Shown here one piece after another: positions 1 to 10,248 of a stretch of 64,000 bases of DNA. The notes under the pieces were generated by a model that was not told the origin of the DNA, ran no database searches, and worked only from the letters and a program-made list of their open reading frames with translations. Within the stretch, counting starts at the first letter, position 1. Every line of letters starts with the position of its first letter. The DNA lies in sequence record OR455461.1; one strand, 5' to 3'. Position numbers and translations under genes: made by a program.

Positions 1-238
1 GATTTACTATTTTACTATAAAAATTCATAGTAGTTCTTTCATTTGAGAATATATTTTCCTCCAATATTAAAGAATAACTAGCATTATTAATCATTAAAGC
101 ATTACTATTTTCTGTAATATCCAATTGCTTTTCAATTTGTTCCATTATATCTTTATCGTAATCTATAAGTAGAACAATTGTGTTTAAATTCTTTTTATAC
201 GTATTCCTAGATCTTTTTTGAAAATTAATTAAGTACAT
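1..238 (-). CDS. hypothetical protein, truncated by window edge
   Basis: Open frame MYLINFQKRSRNTYKK... read by hand, running off position 1; GGTG RBS-like sequence upstream; start uncertain. Confidence 0.5.
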   Translation of the reverse strand, partial: MYLINFQKRSRNTYKKNLNTIVLLIDYDKDIMEQIEKQLDITENSNALMINNASYSLILEENIFSNERTTMNFYSKIVN

Positions 239-310
239 TATAACCAACTATATCACCACACTTATATATTAATGAATTTATAATAATTACACGTTAGTTT
301 CATTCATTAA

Positions 311-715
311 TTATTTAAATGAATTCGTTATAATTAAATTTTTAAATTGCTTTTCAGTTAATATATCTTTTAAATATCGATGGATAGTTTCTTTAAAATC
401 ATATATTATATAATTATCATTTTCTTTTATTAAAGCACATAAATTATCACTACCATTATTATATTTCTTCAATATTTTATTTATAGTATAGTAGTCAATC
501 TTATTATTTTCAAATATTATTGATGATAAAGCTGGTTTAATAATCACTTCATAAAAATTACTAAATGATTTTGTATAAGATTCTACATCATCTTTATCAT
601 CAATGTGACTGAAAAATATTTGTCTTATTACAGGATAAGTATATGATCTCAATACATTATACTTAATTATTTGACTTGACAATTCATCATAATCAAATTT
701 ATTTAATTTTTTCAT
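311..715 (-). CDS. hypothetical protein (ends ITNSFK)
   Basis: ORF track 134 aa, AGGAGG RBS. Confidence 0.8.
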   Translation of the reverse strand: MKKLNKFDYDELSSQIIKYNVLRSYTYPVIRQIFFSHIDDKDDVESYTKSFSNFYEVIIKPALSSIIFENNKIDYYTINKILKKYNNGSDNLCALIKENDNYIIYDFKETIHRYLKDILTEKQFKNLIITNSFK

Positions 716-787
716 TATCTAACACCTCCTCATATAATAAATATATTTAAGACAACGTATATATTTAGTATACATTTTCTCATTTTA

Positions 788-803
788 ATAATATATATTT
801 AAA
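788..803 (-). promoter_or_regulatory. putative early promoter motif TTTAAATATATATTAT
   Basis: Recurrent intergenic motif; second variant copy at ~734-750. Confidence 0.6.
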
Positions 804-811
804 TCATATTT

Positions 812-1213
812 TTATTTAAATGTATTTTTTATTTTATTATTCATATATTCTTTTCTTGTGACTTCAGTATAATAATTTTCATCAGATATATCAAAATCCA
901 TTTCAGATACAGTTCTAATAAATATATGATGTATATCATCTAAATCTTTCTTTTTACTTCTTTTTATTTTTACTTCAAGTCCTTGATAACTATTATATTT
1001 TATCTTAATATTTAATAATACAGCTAAACCCTTTCTTATTTTACCTATAGAAATAGTATTATAAAAATCAAAATGAGTTAGTATATCCATTATAGATAAA
1101 TTTTCATCTTCACTAAAATAAATATTATATCTATTAAAATCTGATAAGTTTACACGTTCTTCTATATTAAGATTTTTTACTATCCCTATAGGTGTTAATT
1201 TATAATATTTCAT
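812..1213 (-). CDS. hypothetical protein, MKYYKL...EY..NKIK..FK paralog family
   Basis: ORF 133 aa; N- and C-termini shared with 1676-2149 and 2172-2603. Confidence 0.8.
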   Translation of the reverse strand: MKYYKLTPIGIVKNLNIEERVNLSDFNRYNIYFSEDENLSIMDILTHFDFYNTISIGKIRKGLAVLLNIKIKYNSYQGLEVKIKRSKKKDLDDIHHIFIRTVSEMDFDISDENYYTEVTRKEYMNNKIKNTFK

Positions 1214-1226
1214 ATCAATTCCTTAT

Positions 1227-1658
1227 TTATATTATTGATTTATAGAAATCTAAATCTTCAGATAATAAATTTTTTATTGCTTTTGTTACATACGTTTGTT
1301 TATCGTATATTTTATACTCACCATCAATTTTAACTAAAGCAAATAAATCACTAGCAAAATCTGGTTCTAGTAAGATGGAAACCATCTTTTTGTTTAAAAC
1401 ACTTTCTTCATAATGATCTTCGAAGATAATGTCCGATATTGAAGGTAGTATAATTTCTTCATAATAATCTTTTATGTCATCCATTTCATTATAAGCTTCT
1501 TCTGTTCCAATATCATAATCGTCACTAAAAAATAATTCTCTTAGAACTAAATAACTATTTGACTTTAATTCTTTAGGAACACTCACCATATTTTCTTGTG
1601 TAATTTTTATTGAATCTTTTAGACTGTCTGAATCAAATAAATTGAAAAACTCATCCAT
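1227..1658 (-). CDS. hypothetical acidic protein
   Basis: ORF 143 aa with AGGAG RBS; weak similarity to 311-715 (Y..II.P..S.IIFE). Confidence 0.75.
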   Translation of the reverse strand: MDEFFNLFDSDSLKDSIKITQENMVSVPKELKSNSYLVLRELFFSDDYDIGTEEAYNEMDDIKDYYEEIILPSISDIIFEDHYEESVLNKKMVSILLEPDFASDLFALVKIDGEYKIYDKQTYVTKAIKNLLSEDLDFYKSII

Positions 1659-1675
1659 TTTATATCTACTCCTTT

Positions 1676-2149
1676 TTATTTAAAATTTTCTTTAATTTTA
1701 TTATTTCTATATTCTTTTTCAGTTATTTTTATATAATCTTCATTAATTATTAATCCCATTTTATTAATACCTTCTGCATTGAATGTGAATTTATCGTTAT
1801 ACCCATGATTTCTTATATTATCATATATTTCATTCAAAGTTTCTTCACCAGTTAAATGCATACTATCTTCCCATATTTCATAACCTTTAAGATCAATCCA
1901 GTAATTCACGTACGTGTTTTCTTCTTCATCTCTTAAAAAATTAGTTTCTATTTTTATAGGAAAATCTTTAATTAAATCAATTAATATAATTTCTTCATCT
2001 TCTTTTACATATAAAGATTCTAATAATTCAATATCTTTACCGTCTTTTTTCTTAATATACCAATTTCTTTCCATTAATTGAGAATAAATATCAGGATTAA
2101 TAAATAAAATTTTAGATATTCCACTTTGAGTTATTTTGTAATAATTCAT
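1676..2149 (-). CDS. hypothetical protein, MKYYKL paralog family
   Basis: ORF 157 aa, ends EKEYRNNKIKENFK. Confidence 0.8.
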   Translation of the reverse strand: MNYYKITQSGISKILFINPDIYSQLMERNWYIKKKDGKDIELLESLYVKEDEEIILIDLIKDFPIKIETNFLRDEEENTYVNYWIDLKGYEIWEDSMHLTGEETLNEIYDNIRNHGYNDKFTFNAEGINKMGLIINEDYIKITEKEYRNNKIKENFK

Positions 2150-2171
2150 GCTATATATATATACTCCTTTT

Positions 2172-2603
2172 TTATTTAAAAGTTTCTTTAACTTTATTCT
2201 CTTTATATTCAGTTTCAGATATTTCTATATATTGGATATTCTCTTTTAAATCATAAATTTCTTTATCTCTGCTAAAAATAAAATCTTTATTAAAAACTAA
2301 ATCTTCTGCATATTCATGAACCTCCTCAAGCGTATGGTTTTTAAAATTATCTAAAATAATACCTACACTATTCGTCAAATATCCGCCTTTCATTTCTAAA
2401 TGAGCATCCATAGTTAAGGGTCTATTTGAATTTGTAAAGACGGTGAAATTAAGCTTTAAGCTATCTTGATCTTTAATCAAGTAACGTGTTTTAATGACTT
2501 CATTTTCTTCAAAACAAAAATTTTGTTTAAGATTATCATAACCACCACCATAAGTTTCTAAAATTTGAACTACACCATCATTTATTAATTTATAATATTT
2601 CAT
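2172..2603 (-). CDS. hypothetical protein, MKYYKL paralog family
   Basis: Start moved to MKYYKL ATG at 2603 behind AGGAG; ends ETEYKENKVKETFK. Confidence 0.8.
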   Translation of the reverse strand: MKYYKLINDGVVQILETYGGGYDNLKQNFCFEENEVIKTRYLIKDQDSLKLNFTVFTNSNRPLTMDAHLEMKGGYLTNSVGIILDNFKNHTLEEVHEYAEDLVFNKDFIFSRDKEIYDLKENIQYIEISETEYKENKVKETFK

Positions 2604-2671
2604 TTTATAATATCTCTCCTTTTTATTTATATAAAAAATATAGATAACGGTCTTAAAGACCGTTATCATAA

Positions 2672-4660
2672 TTATAAATCTCTTTTAGCTTCTTCAATGT
2701 TAATGATTCTAATACCTTTTTCCTTAGCTTTCTTAATTTTAGATGAACCTGAGTTTGGATCTGGAGTAACTAATAAGTCAGTTTTACCTGAAACTGATGA
2801 AGTTACTTTATGACCTTTAAGTTCTAATTGTTCTTTAAATTCAGCATCTCTAAATCCACTAAATACAATATTCATTGGCTCCACTGAATCATCTTTATTA
2901 GCTTCCATTTCTTTCTTAAGTGATTTAATATTTAATTCATTGAATAAGAATTCAATTAAATCTTTATTCTGTTTATATCCATTAATAATAATCTCAGCAG
3001 TAATATTGGCAATTCCTTTAATATCACTTAGATCTTTAATTGATAGAGTTGAATAATCAACTTCCTGTGGATCATAGACTTTTGTAACTAATTTAAATGT
3101 AGTTCTACCTACGCCATTTAATCCTAATGAACCTAATACATCATAATCATAATATTCTTTATTCTTATGAATCGTATTAATAATATTCTGAGCTGACTTC
3201 TCTTTAAAAGTATCAACTTCCATAATATCATCTTTATCAATTTCATATAGACTTTGAATACCATTAGGTAATTTATTACCTTTATATAATTTATCAATAG
3301 TAGAGTATTCAATACCTTTAATATCCATCTTAGATACATAGTTATTAATAATTCCTTGAACTCTACATTCACAATCATTATTGATACAAGATACAAATGT
3401 TTCATTTTCATTAATTTCAAGTTCTTCCCCACAATACTTACAAGTCTTAATGAACTCTATAGGTTCTCCTGTAACAGTATTTGTTGGAGATGGAGTTAAA
3501 TAACTTAACACATCATTACGATACTCTATAATAACTTCTTGACCTTTAACTAATTGAAGTTCTTTAAATCGTTTATAGTTAGCAATAGAAACTCTTTCAC
3601 ATTTAGCTCCATTAAAGTAAACAGGTTCAAATCTAACTACAGGTGTATATCTTCCTGTACCGTTTTCTGACACATCAAACTCAATATCAATTACATTAGT
3701 CTTTTTAGTCATATAAGGGAATTTTAAAGCTACATCAAACTTATTACGGTCATTTAATCTACCTAAACGATTTCTATCGTCTTCATCAAGAGCTTCAATA
3801 ACTAATCCATCAATCATGTATTCATAATCTTCTCTTTCATTAGCTATTTGATGATATAATTCATTAAAATCTTTATAATCGTGTTCATCTTCCATAACAA
3901 AATTATACTGTGGATCAAGTTGATCAAATACTTTGCTATGTGATGTAATTGCATGAATAAGATTCAATTCTTCTTGTCGAGTTAATTCTTTATTACTGAT
4001 ATTAATTCTTAATGGTAATAAATTAATTAACTTACGTTTTTTATATCCATCATCTGAGTTTAATAATCCTGCAACAATTGATCTAGGGTTAGCATACTCT
4101 TCATCAATCTTATTAAAGTTACTATAACTCATTACTGCTTCACACTTAATAGCAATATCAATATTATCTTCAGATAAATCAACTGCATTAATATCTACAT
4201 CTGATTTTTTAATTTTAATATGACTGAAGAAATCAGTTAAGTCAGCTCCTTTACCGTCTTTACCTCTTGTTAAAGCTGATTTAGTTACTAAATAATCTCC
4301 TTTAGTAGTTAAAATAACTAATACACTATTACCGTCATATTTTTGAGTAATTAATAATTGTTTACCATTTAAACTTTTATCATATATCCATTCAGATAAT
4401 TCTTCTACAGAATTAACCTTAGAAACTGTTCCTACTAATTCAGGATATTCATGAGAAACATCTACTAACTTTTTACCTTTAGAAGGTAAAGCTCCACCAT
4501 TAAATGGACGGTACTTTTCATATTCTCTTAATAATTTGTCAAACTCTTCATCAGTTAACTCTGGTTGGTCTGATGTGTTATAATATACATAAGATTGATC
4601 CTCTAAATATTTTTGTACTTCATCTAAATTACTTTCATTTACTTCGTTAAATTTTGTCAT
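2672..4660 (-). CDS. ligA: NAD-dependent DNA ligase
   Basis: YY...P.LTDEEFD NAD-binding motif, KYDG adenylation motif, OB fold (TGRYTPV), C4 zinc finger, HhH, C-terminal BRCT (SSVSGKTDLLV); start set at ATG behind AAGGAG. Confidence 0.97.
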   Translation of the reverse strand: MTKFNEVNESNLDEVQKYLEDQSYVYYNTSDQPELTDEEFDKLLREYEKYRPFNGGALPSKGKKLVDVSHEYPELVGTVSKVNSVEELSEWIYDKSLNGKQLLITQKYDGNSVLVILTTKGDYLVTKSALTRGKDGKGADLTDFFSHIKIKKSDVDINAVDLSEDNIDIAIKCEAVMSYSNFNKIDEEYANPRSIVAGLLNSDDGYKKRKLINLLPLRINISNKELTRQEELNLIHAITSHSKVFDQLDPQYNFVMEDEHDYKDFNELYHQIANEREDYEYMIDGLVIEALDEDDRNRLGRLNDRNKFDVALKFPYMTKKTNVIDIEFDVSENGTGRYTPVVRFEPVYFNGAKCERVSIANYKRFKELQLVKGQEVIIEYRNDVLSYLTPSPTNTVTGEPIEFIKTCKYCGEELEINENETFVSCINNDCECRVQGIINNYVSKMDIKGIEYSTIDKLYKGNKLPNGIQSLYEIDKDDIMEVDTFKEKSAQNIINTIHKNKEYYDYDVLGSLGLNGVGRTTFKLVTKVYDPQEVDYSTLSIKDLSDIKGIANITAEIIINGYKQNKDLIEFLFNELNIKSLKKEMEANKDDSVEPMNIVFSGFRDAEFKEQLELKGHKVTSSVSGKTDLLVTPDPNSGSSKIKKAKEKGIRIINIEEAKRDL

Positions 4661-4679
4661 TATCTTTTCCATCTCCTTA

Positions 4680-4898
4680 TTAATATAAAAACGTATTGTA
4701 CAACAAATCAAAAACAAAAATGGCTATTACACATACTATAAATGAAATCAATGTTATCAACGATCCCATAAATAATATGTGAGAATCTTTTGCACAGATT
4801 GCCACAACAAGTGCAATTATTCCTACAATTATACTTATTATTGATCCCATTATTAAAAATGCTATTAATGCAAGAATGAAATTTACTGCAATTACCAT
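4680..4898 (-). CDS. small two-helix membrane protein
   Basis: Hydrophobic ORF, start moved to MVIAVN behind AAGGAG. Confidence 0.7.
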   Translation of the reverse strand: MVIAVNFILALIAFLIMGSIISIIVGIIALVVAICAKDSHILFMGSLITLISFIVCVIAIFVFDLLYNTFLY

Positions 4899-4939
4899 TA
4901 TCTTTTCTATCTCCTTATATAAAAAAATTATTAAATTAA

Positions 4940-4969
4940 GAGTAATGATGAAGTTAATCATCATTACTC
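4940..4969. terminator. GTAATGA-n-TCATTAC palindrome
   Basis: 12-bp stem, intergenic. Confidence 0.6.
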
Positions 4970-4976
4970 CATTTTT

Positions 4977-4992
4977 ATAATATATATTTAAA
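4977..4992 (-). promoter_or_regulatory. putative early promoter motif
   Basis: TTTAAATATATATTAT upstream of ligase operon. Confidence 0.6.
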
Positions 4993-5001
4993 TAATAATT
5001 T

Positions 5002-5199
5002 CTAAAAAGAAGTCAAATGCCAGTATATAATAAATGTCAATGATAATGATAATACTATTTTTATTAAATTTATTTTTATATCTTCTCTAAACATTTCATT
5101 AAAAATTGAAATAAATAAAAATGAAATTTCTGTTATAAAAAAACTTAAACTAATAATACCAATCCAAAATAAAATAATCACATATATACCTAACAGCAA
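5002..5199 (-). CDS. small membrane protein
   Basis: Hydrophobic 65-aa ORF in operon order. Confidence 0.6.
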   Translation of the reverse strand: MLLGIYVIILFWIGIISLSFFITEISFLFISIFNEMFREDIKINLIKIVLSLSLTFIIYWHLTSF

Positions 5200-6368
5200 C
5201 TTAAAAACATCCTTTCTCGTTTATCTTTTTCCACTTTATTAAATAAAGGACCAAAATATAAATTATCGCTTATTTTTTTATTTTCTTTTTCATATTCGAA
5301 AATTTCATATAACATATTAAAAGTAAAGTTATTACTTCTTATATAAGGAGTATCGTATAAGTTTGATACTGTATAAACATTCATAATGTAATATTTGATA
5401 GCTTCTAAGAAATTGTTGAATTTATATTCTTTATCATTTCTAAATAATTTTAAATAAAAATTATTTGAAAGTTCAAAGTCATATAACCTTTCAATTTTAA
5501 TAAGAGTATTAAATAGATGATTATTTTTATGGTCTTTATGATTCTCTATCAAATTATCTTCAATAATCTCAGTATCTAAAAATATAAATTTATTTCTTTC
5601 TTTAGTATATTCAATGATATTATGAATATTGCCATTCATCATTAAGTTTAAAATTAAACCATTACTATATTTATTGTCTAAATTTACAAATTCATTAATA
5701 AAGTCTGAAAACGTATCTTCTGAAAGGATAAAACGTGTAAAGTTACTCTCAATATCATCTGATGGTTCTATATATTCATAATAGCTATCAACATTATCAA
5801 TATCAAGAAAAATGGTAGACATCTTTGAAGTGTAGTATTTTTCGTCATTATCTAATTCATTAAAGAAATTATTATTTTTAGAAAATTCTTTAATTAATTT
5901 TTTATTAAAATCGTATGGATGTACAGTTAATGCACCTAACGAACTCATTAAATCTTCATCAGTTAATATATTTAAATATAACAATATAGTCTTAATATAA
6001 GATATCGAAACTACAAAATCTTTTCTTTCATAATTTTTAAAATTTTTTTCCATATCTAAAAATATTTCATATTGATTTACTTGATTTTCTTTAATTAAAT
6101 TACCTAAATACATTATTATTAAATCATCATTATTTTCATTTGATAATTCAATTAATGTATCTTTATATTTACTTAATTTATCTTCTATATCTTTATAAAA
6201 GATGGATGTTTTTCTAAAGAAAGTTTTACCACTAAAATAAATTAGGTAATCCATTAATTCTTCAAATAATAATTTTTCATCTTTTCTAATTTTCTCTTTA
6301 TTAATCTTTATATTATTATACTTATTCTCAATTAATAACAAATCTTTTTCTTCAATTACATATTTCAT
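5190..6368 (-). CDS. hypothetical protein
   Basis: 392-aa ORF, AGGAG RBS. Confidence 0.8.
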   Translation of the reverse strand: MKYVIEEKDLLLIENKYNNIKINKEKIRKDEKLLFEELMDYLIYFSGKTFFRKTSIFYKDIEDKLSKYKDTLIELSNENNDDLIIMYLGNLIKENQVNQYEIFLDMEKNFKNYERKDFVVSISYIKTILLYLNILTDEDLMSSLGALTVHPYDFNKKLIKEFSKNNNFFNELDNDEKYYTSKMSTIFLDIDNVDSYYEYIEPSDDIESNFTRFILSEDTFSDFINEFVNLDNKYSNGLILNLMMNGNIHNIIEYTKERNKFIFLDTEIIEDNLIENHKDHKNNHLFNTLIKIERLYDFELSNNFYLKLFRNDKEYKFNNFLEAIKYYIMNVYTVSNLYDTPYIRSNNFTFNMLYEIFEYEKENKKISDNLYFGPLFNKVEKDKRERMFLSCC

Positions 6369-6382
6369 ATCTTTTCCATCTC

Positions 6383-7090
6383 CTAATTAAATGATTTTGA
6401 TGCATAATGTGTTTTTAATTTTTTAGATATGTGTTCTTTATCTTCTTTATTTATTTGATTAAATAATCTTAGATTGAAGTTTTCCATTTCTTTAATTGAA
6501 TCTAATCTTAAGGCATAATCATCTAGCAGTGCCATAACACGAGCTCCATTCATTATTGAACTATTAAGCGAATCTTCACTTACTAAAAAATCTTTATCAG
6601 ACACTACTTCAGAATTCATGACAATTTTAAAACTGGTATTTTCATTATATTCTGAATTAATAGATTTTAAATAATTTATTAAAGTCTCTACTATTAAGAA
6701 TAATTTTATTTTTACTCTACTTATTGTTAGATGATTCTTAGTTGCGTTTATTTCAAATTTATGATTAAAATGTGAATATACAATATTAAATAATTTCTTT
6801 TCATTATAGTAGTCTATTATTTCTTTAAGAGAATCTATATTTAGTTTATCAGATAATACATATTGAAAAGCAGTAACTAAGAGTAACTCATATCTTCTAG
6901 CATTATCAAACAATTCATTGTCATCCATTTCACTTTCTTGTTGTTTAATCATGGGTATAAGTCTATCTATTTTCTCTGAATCACTTATTTTGCTATTATA
7001 TTTATTTTTCATTTCTTTAGTATCCATATAATCCATTAGATCTAATTTAGTTCTAATGGATATATTAGGATTTTTATTATAATTATACAT
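6383..7090 (-). CDS. hypothetical protein
   Basis: 235-aa ORF, AAGGAG RBS. Confidence 0.8.
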   Translation of the reverse strand: MYNYNKNPNISIRTKLDLMDYMDTKEMKNKYNSKISDSEKIDRLIPMIKQQESEMDDNELFDNARRYELLLVTAFQYVLSDKLNIDSLKEIIDYYNEKKLFNIVYSHFNHKFEINATKNHLTISRVKIKLFLIVETLINYLKSINSEYNENTSFKIVMNSEVVSDKDFLVSEDSLNSSIMNGARVMALLDDYALRLDSIKEMENFNLRLFNQINKEDKEHISKKLKTHYASKSFN

Positions 7091-7103
7091 AATATTAATC
7101 TCC

Positions 7104-7664
7104 TTATTTAAAATTATTTCTGACTAGATATTTTTTAACTTCTTTCTCAAACTCTATAGATAAATCTTCATAAAATTCTTTTTCTTCTTTAATATATTCC
7201 ATTAAAGCTTTTAAGTACATAATGTGATCAACTATAATTATCTTATTTAATGTTGTATTATAATATAAATATATTACATCATCTTTTGAAGAAAATTGAC
7301 TTAAAGTTTCTTGATTAGGTGTAAATAAATCTCTTTCTAACATATTGACAAAATCTTCAAAATTCTGGAACTTACCCGAATGTAAATCTAAAAATTCTTT
7401 TAATAAATTTATTAAATGATAATCAACAACGGAATGTCTAATGAAATTCTTTAAATCTTTTGACATTACTATCATGCTAACACCTTTTCTCATTAACTCA
7501 TGTTTGTAATTATTAAGTATATATGTTAAAACTTCATTTTCATCATTAACTTCATTATACATTCTTCTTTTATCATTAAAAGACATATCTTTTCTAATAA
7601 TTTCGTCAAAAGCCTTTCTATCTTTTTCCATTATATCTGCATTAAATATTTTTTCAATATACAT
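7104..7664 (-). CDS. hypothetical protein (ends VRNNFK)
   Basis: 186-aa ORF, AGGAG RBS. Confidence 0.8.
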   Translation of the reverse strand: MYIEKIFNADIMEKDRKAFDEIIRKDMSFNDKRRMYNEVNDENEVLTYILNNYKHELMRKGVSMIVMSKDLKNFIRHSVVDYHLINLLKEFLDLHSGKFQNFEDFVNMLERDLFTPNQETLSQFSSKDDVIYLYYNTTLNKIIIVDHIMYLKALMEYIKEEKEFYEDLSIEFEKEVKKYLVRNNFK

Positions 7665-7677
7665 CTAAAATCTCCTT

Positions 7678-9540
7678 TTATCTAAATATATTTTTAACTA
7701 ATTCTGATTTAAAACTCTTTCTCAATTTAGTAGATTTTTCTGGCATGTAATTATCTAAATAATCACATAAACCATTGCAGAACTCATTAATTGATAATCT
7801 ATTAATATTAATCTTGTCATATGATATAATTAATTCATTGACTTCAAAACTATATCTACCTTTCAGTTTCTTAGATATATTAGTTATTATAGTTTTAGCT
7901 ATTTTATCATATTTAATATCAAATACAACATCTATATCTAAATCATGTAATAATTCAATATTAATTCTATTTTCAAAATAATCATTTAAATCTTTAAAAT
8001 AATATTTATCAAAATTGATATCAATATCGTAAGTGAAATTATTAAATATAGTATTAATTATATCTATTTGATCTTCATTATCATTACCTTTATTGAATAT
8101 TAAAGGTGTAATAATATTACCTACGGATAGGTCAATATGGTTAATCTTACTTAATCCTTTTTGGTAGAAAATAGAATTAATATTCATTTTAATTCCAATC
8201 TCTATAACTTTTTTAATCTCCTTTTTATCCATTAATTTATTTATAATAACGCTATTATTAATTTCATTAATAATACGTTTTAATTTATAACTATTAGAAC
8301 ACATTATTAATTTAATTAATATATTAGAAATTTCAAATTCTTTTCTAGTAAGATTTTTCGGATCATAGAAATATTTAAATAGAGTATCATAATATTCTTT
8401 AGAACCAATTATACATCTTTGATTGGTTAAATATGATAATGATTTGAGTACTCTTGTTTTATTAATCATTTTATGTTTATTTAATTTATTCTTTTCTATA
8501 TAAATATCATTAATATAATGACCTAATAAATGATTACAATAAGGATCTCTATGTTCACTTGTAGATGAAATTGCTTGTATATTTTCTCTACTAGATACTA
8601 AATCTTTATCTCTGAAAGTATTTCTTCTAACAGTAATAATTTCATCATTAAATAAATCTATCAAAAGAATATTAGGTTTATAAATATCGTATAGAAATTC
8701 TTGTTTAATATCTTTATTAAAGCTATTATTCATTACTTTATTTATTAATATATAAATGAGATCTTCAAATTCATTAAAATATCTGTCTATTATCAATGAA
8801 AACAGATTATTCCCTGTTCCTTCTTTATAATCTATATATTTAGGCGATCTATAATATTCATGCTCATTAGTTAATACATTTAATAGACCTTGCAAATTTT
8901 CATTAGATTCTATTTTTGAACTTATATATTCTCTAACTAAGTTAATAAAATAATCATGTAAATTAATATTAGTATTTTTTATTTTAACACTACTCATTCT
9001 ATCTTTTGTTAAATATAATAATCTATAATAAGGAAATACTATATTTCTATTAAATTCATTTATATTCATACTAGATATTGATAAAGGATAATCTAAATTC
9101 ATAGATTTTAAATAAGTGATTACTATGCTAAAATATTCTATATCTGAAATATATTCGGTTATTACATTTCCTTGCATCTCTGTTCTTAGTTTTTCATTTT
9201 TATATTTGACTTCTAAAGTACTTAATAAATCTTTATATAAACTTCTTTCACGTGCGTCTAACTTACCTGATTTCAGTTGATCCTTTAAATATCTTATTGA
9301 TGTTTCTGAAGACATATATTTTTTATCATCATATATAAATTTTTCATATAAATCATCCATATAATTATAACTTATCTTATTTATTATTCCTATTGATTCA
9401 CTAAAATACTCTTCTAGAATATATTTAATTTTATTATCTTCAATATCAAATATATCAGATAACTTTAAATCAACACCTTCTAAATATTTAAAACTTTCTT
9501 TAATGTAGAACTCTAAACTTTCTGTCATTATCCAATTCAC
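7678..9540 (-). CDS. hypothetical protein (ends VKNIFR)
   Basis: 620-aa ORF, AAGGAG RBS. Confidence 0.85.
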   Translation of the reverse strand: MNWIMTESLEFYIKESFKYLEGVDLKLSDIFDIEDNKIKYILEEYFSESIGIINKISYNYMDDLYEKFIYDDKKYMSSETSIRYLKDQLKSGKLDARERSLYKDLLSTLEVKYKNEKLRTEMQGNVITEYISDIEYFSIVITYLKSMNLDYPLSISSMNINEFNRNIVFPYYRLLYLTKDRMSSVKIKNTNINLHDYFINLVREYISSKIESNENLQGLLNVLTNEHEYYRSPKYIDYKEGTGNNLFSLIIDRYFNEFEDLIYILINKVMNNSFNKDIKQEFLYDIYKPNILLIDLFNDEIITVRRNTFRDKDLVSSRENIQAISSTSEHRDPYCNHLLGHYINDIYIEKNKLNKHKMINKTRVLKSLSYLTNQRCIIGSKEYYDTLFKYFYDPKNLTRKEFEISNILIKLIMCSNSYKLKRIINEINNSVIINKLMDKKEIKKVIEIGIKMNINSIFYQKGLSKINHIDLSVGNIITPLIFNKGNDNEDQIDIINTIFNNFTYDIDINFDKYYFKDLNDYFENRINIELLHDLDIDVVFDIKYDKIAKTIITNISKKLKGRYSFEVNELIISYDKININRLSINEFCNGLCDYLDNYMPEKSTKLRKSFKSELVKNIFR

Positions 9541-9573
9541 TCTCCTTATTTATAAAAAATAATGATTTAACTA

Positions 9574-10194
9574 TTAAATAAAATTATCTTTTACTGCATA
9601 TTTATTCATTTCTTTAATTAATGATTCAACTATTTCTTCTTTTAATGAATCTAATAAAAACTTCTCTAAAGAATCTATAAATTGTTTGTATGTTAATTCT
9701 TTCCATTCTGATTTAATATTAATATATAAAGATCTTTGTCCTGAACTAAATGCTTCATATTCTTTATAAAATACTTTAGCAATTTCTTTGAATGTCTTCT
9801 TACTAATTATAGGTAATTCTTCTACATTATCTAAGAAGAAATAATATAGAGGATATACTTCATCTTCTGTATATATTTTAGAATCTATAGATATTTTTAT
9901 AGTATGTGCATCCAATTTTTCTTTACCACTATTGTTATACAGAGATATATCTCCTATTTCTAAATTATTTAAACTCATATCACTATTTTCCTCCATATCT
10001 TTAGATTTAGTAGAAGACGTTTTCCAAACTTCAGTAGTAGAAAAAAGATTATTTTGAGATGGAAGGTTATAATTTACTTTTTTTATATCTGTATGAACTC
10101 CAATATTATCTACATCTATATCAAATCTTTCAGCTAATTTTTTATATGTTTCCATAAAATCTTTATTAAAATCTCTATTAATTTTAATCACCAC
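9574..10194 (-). CDS. hypothetical protein (ends VKDNFI)
   Basis: 206-aa ORF. Confidence 0.75.
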   Translation of the reverse strand: MVIKINRDFNKDFMETYKKLAERFDIDVDNIGVHTDIKKVNYNLPSQNNLFSTTEVWKTSSTKSKDMEENSDMSLNNLEIGDISLYNNSGKEKLDAHTIKISIDSKIYTEDEVYPLYYFFLDNVEELPIISKKTFKEIAKVFYKEYEAFSSGQRSLYINIKSEWKELTYKQFIDSLEKFLLDSLKEEIVESLIKEMNKYAVKDNFI

Positions 10195-10208
10195 TTTTTA
10201 TTAAATAA

Positions 10209-10240
10209 GGAGTAATGATGAATTTAATCATCATTACTCC
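10209..10240. terminator. GTAATGA-n-TCATTAC palindrome
   Basis: 13-bp stem after RNAP beta gene. Confidence 0.6.
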
Positions 10241-10248
10241 AATTATAT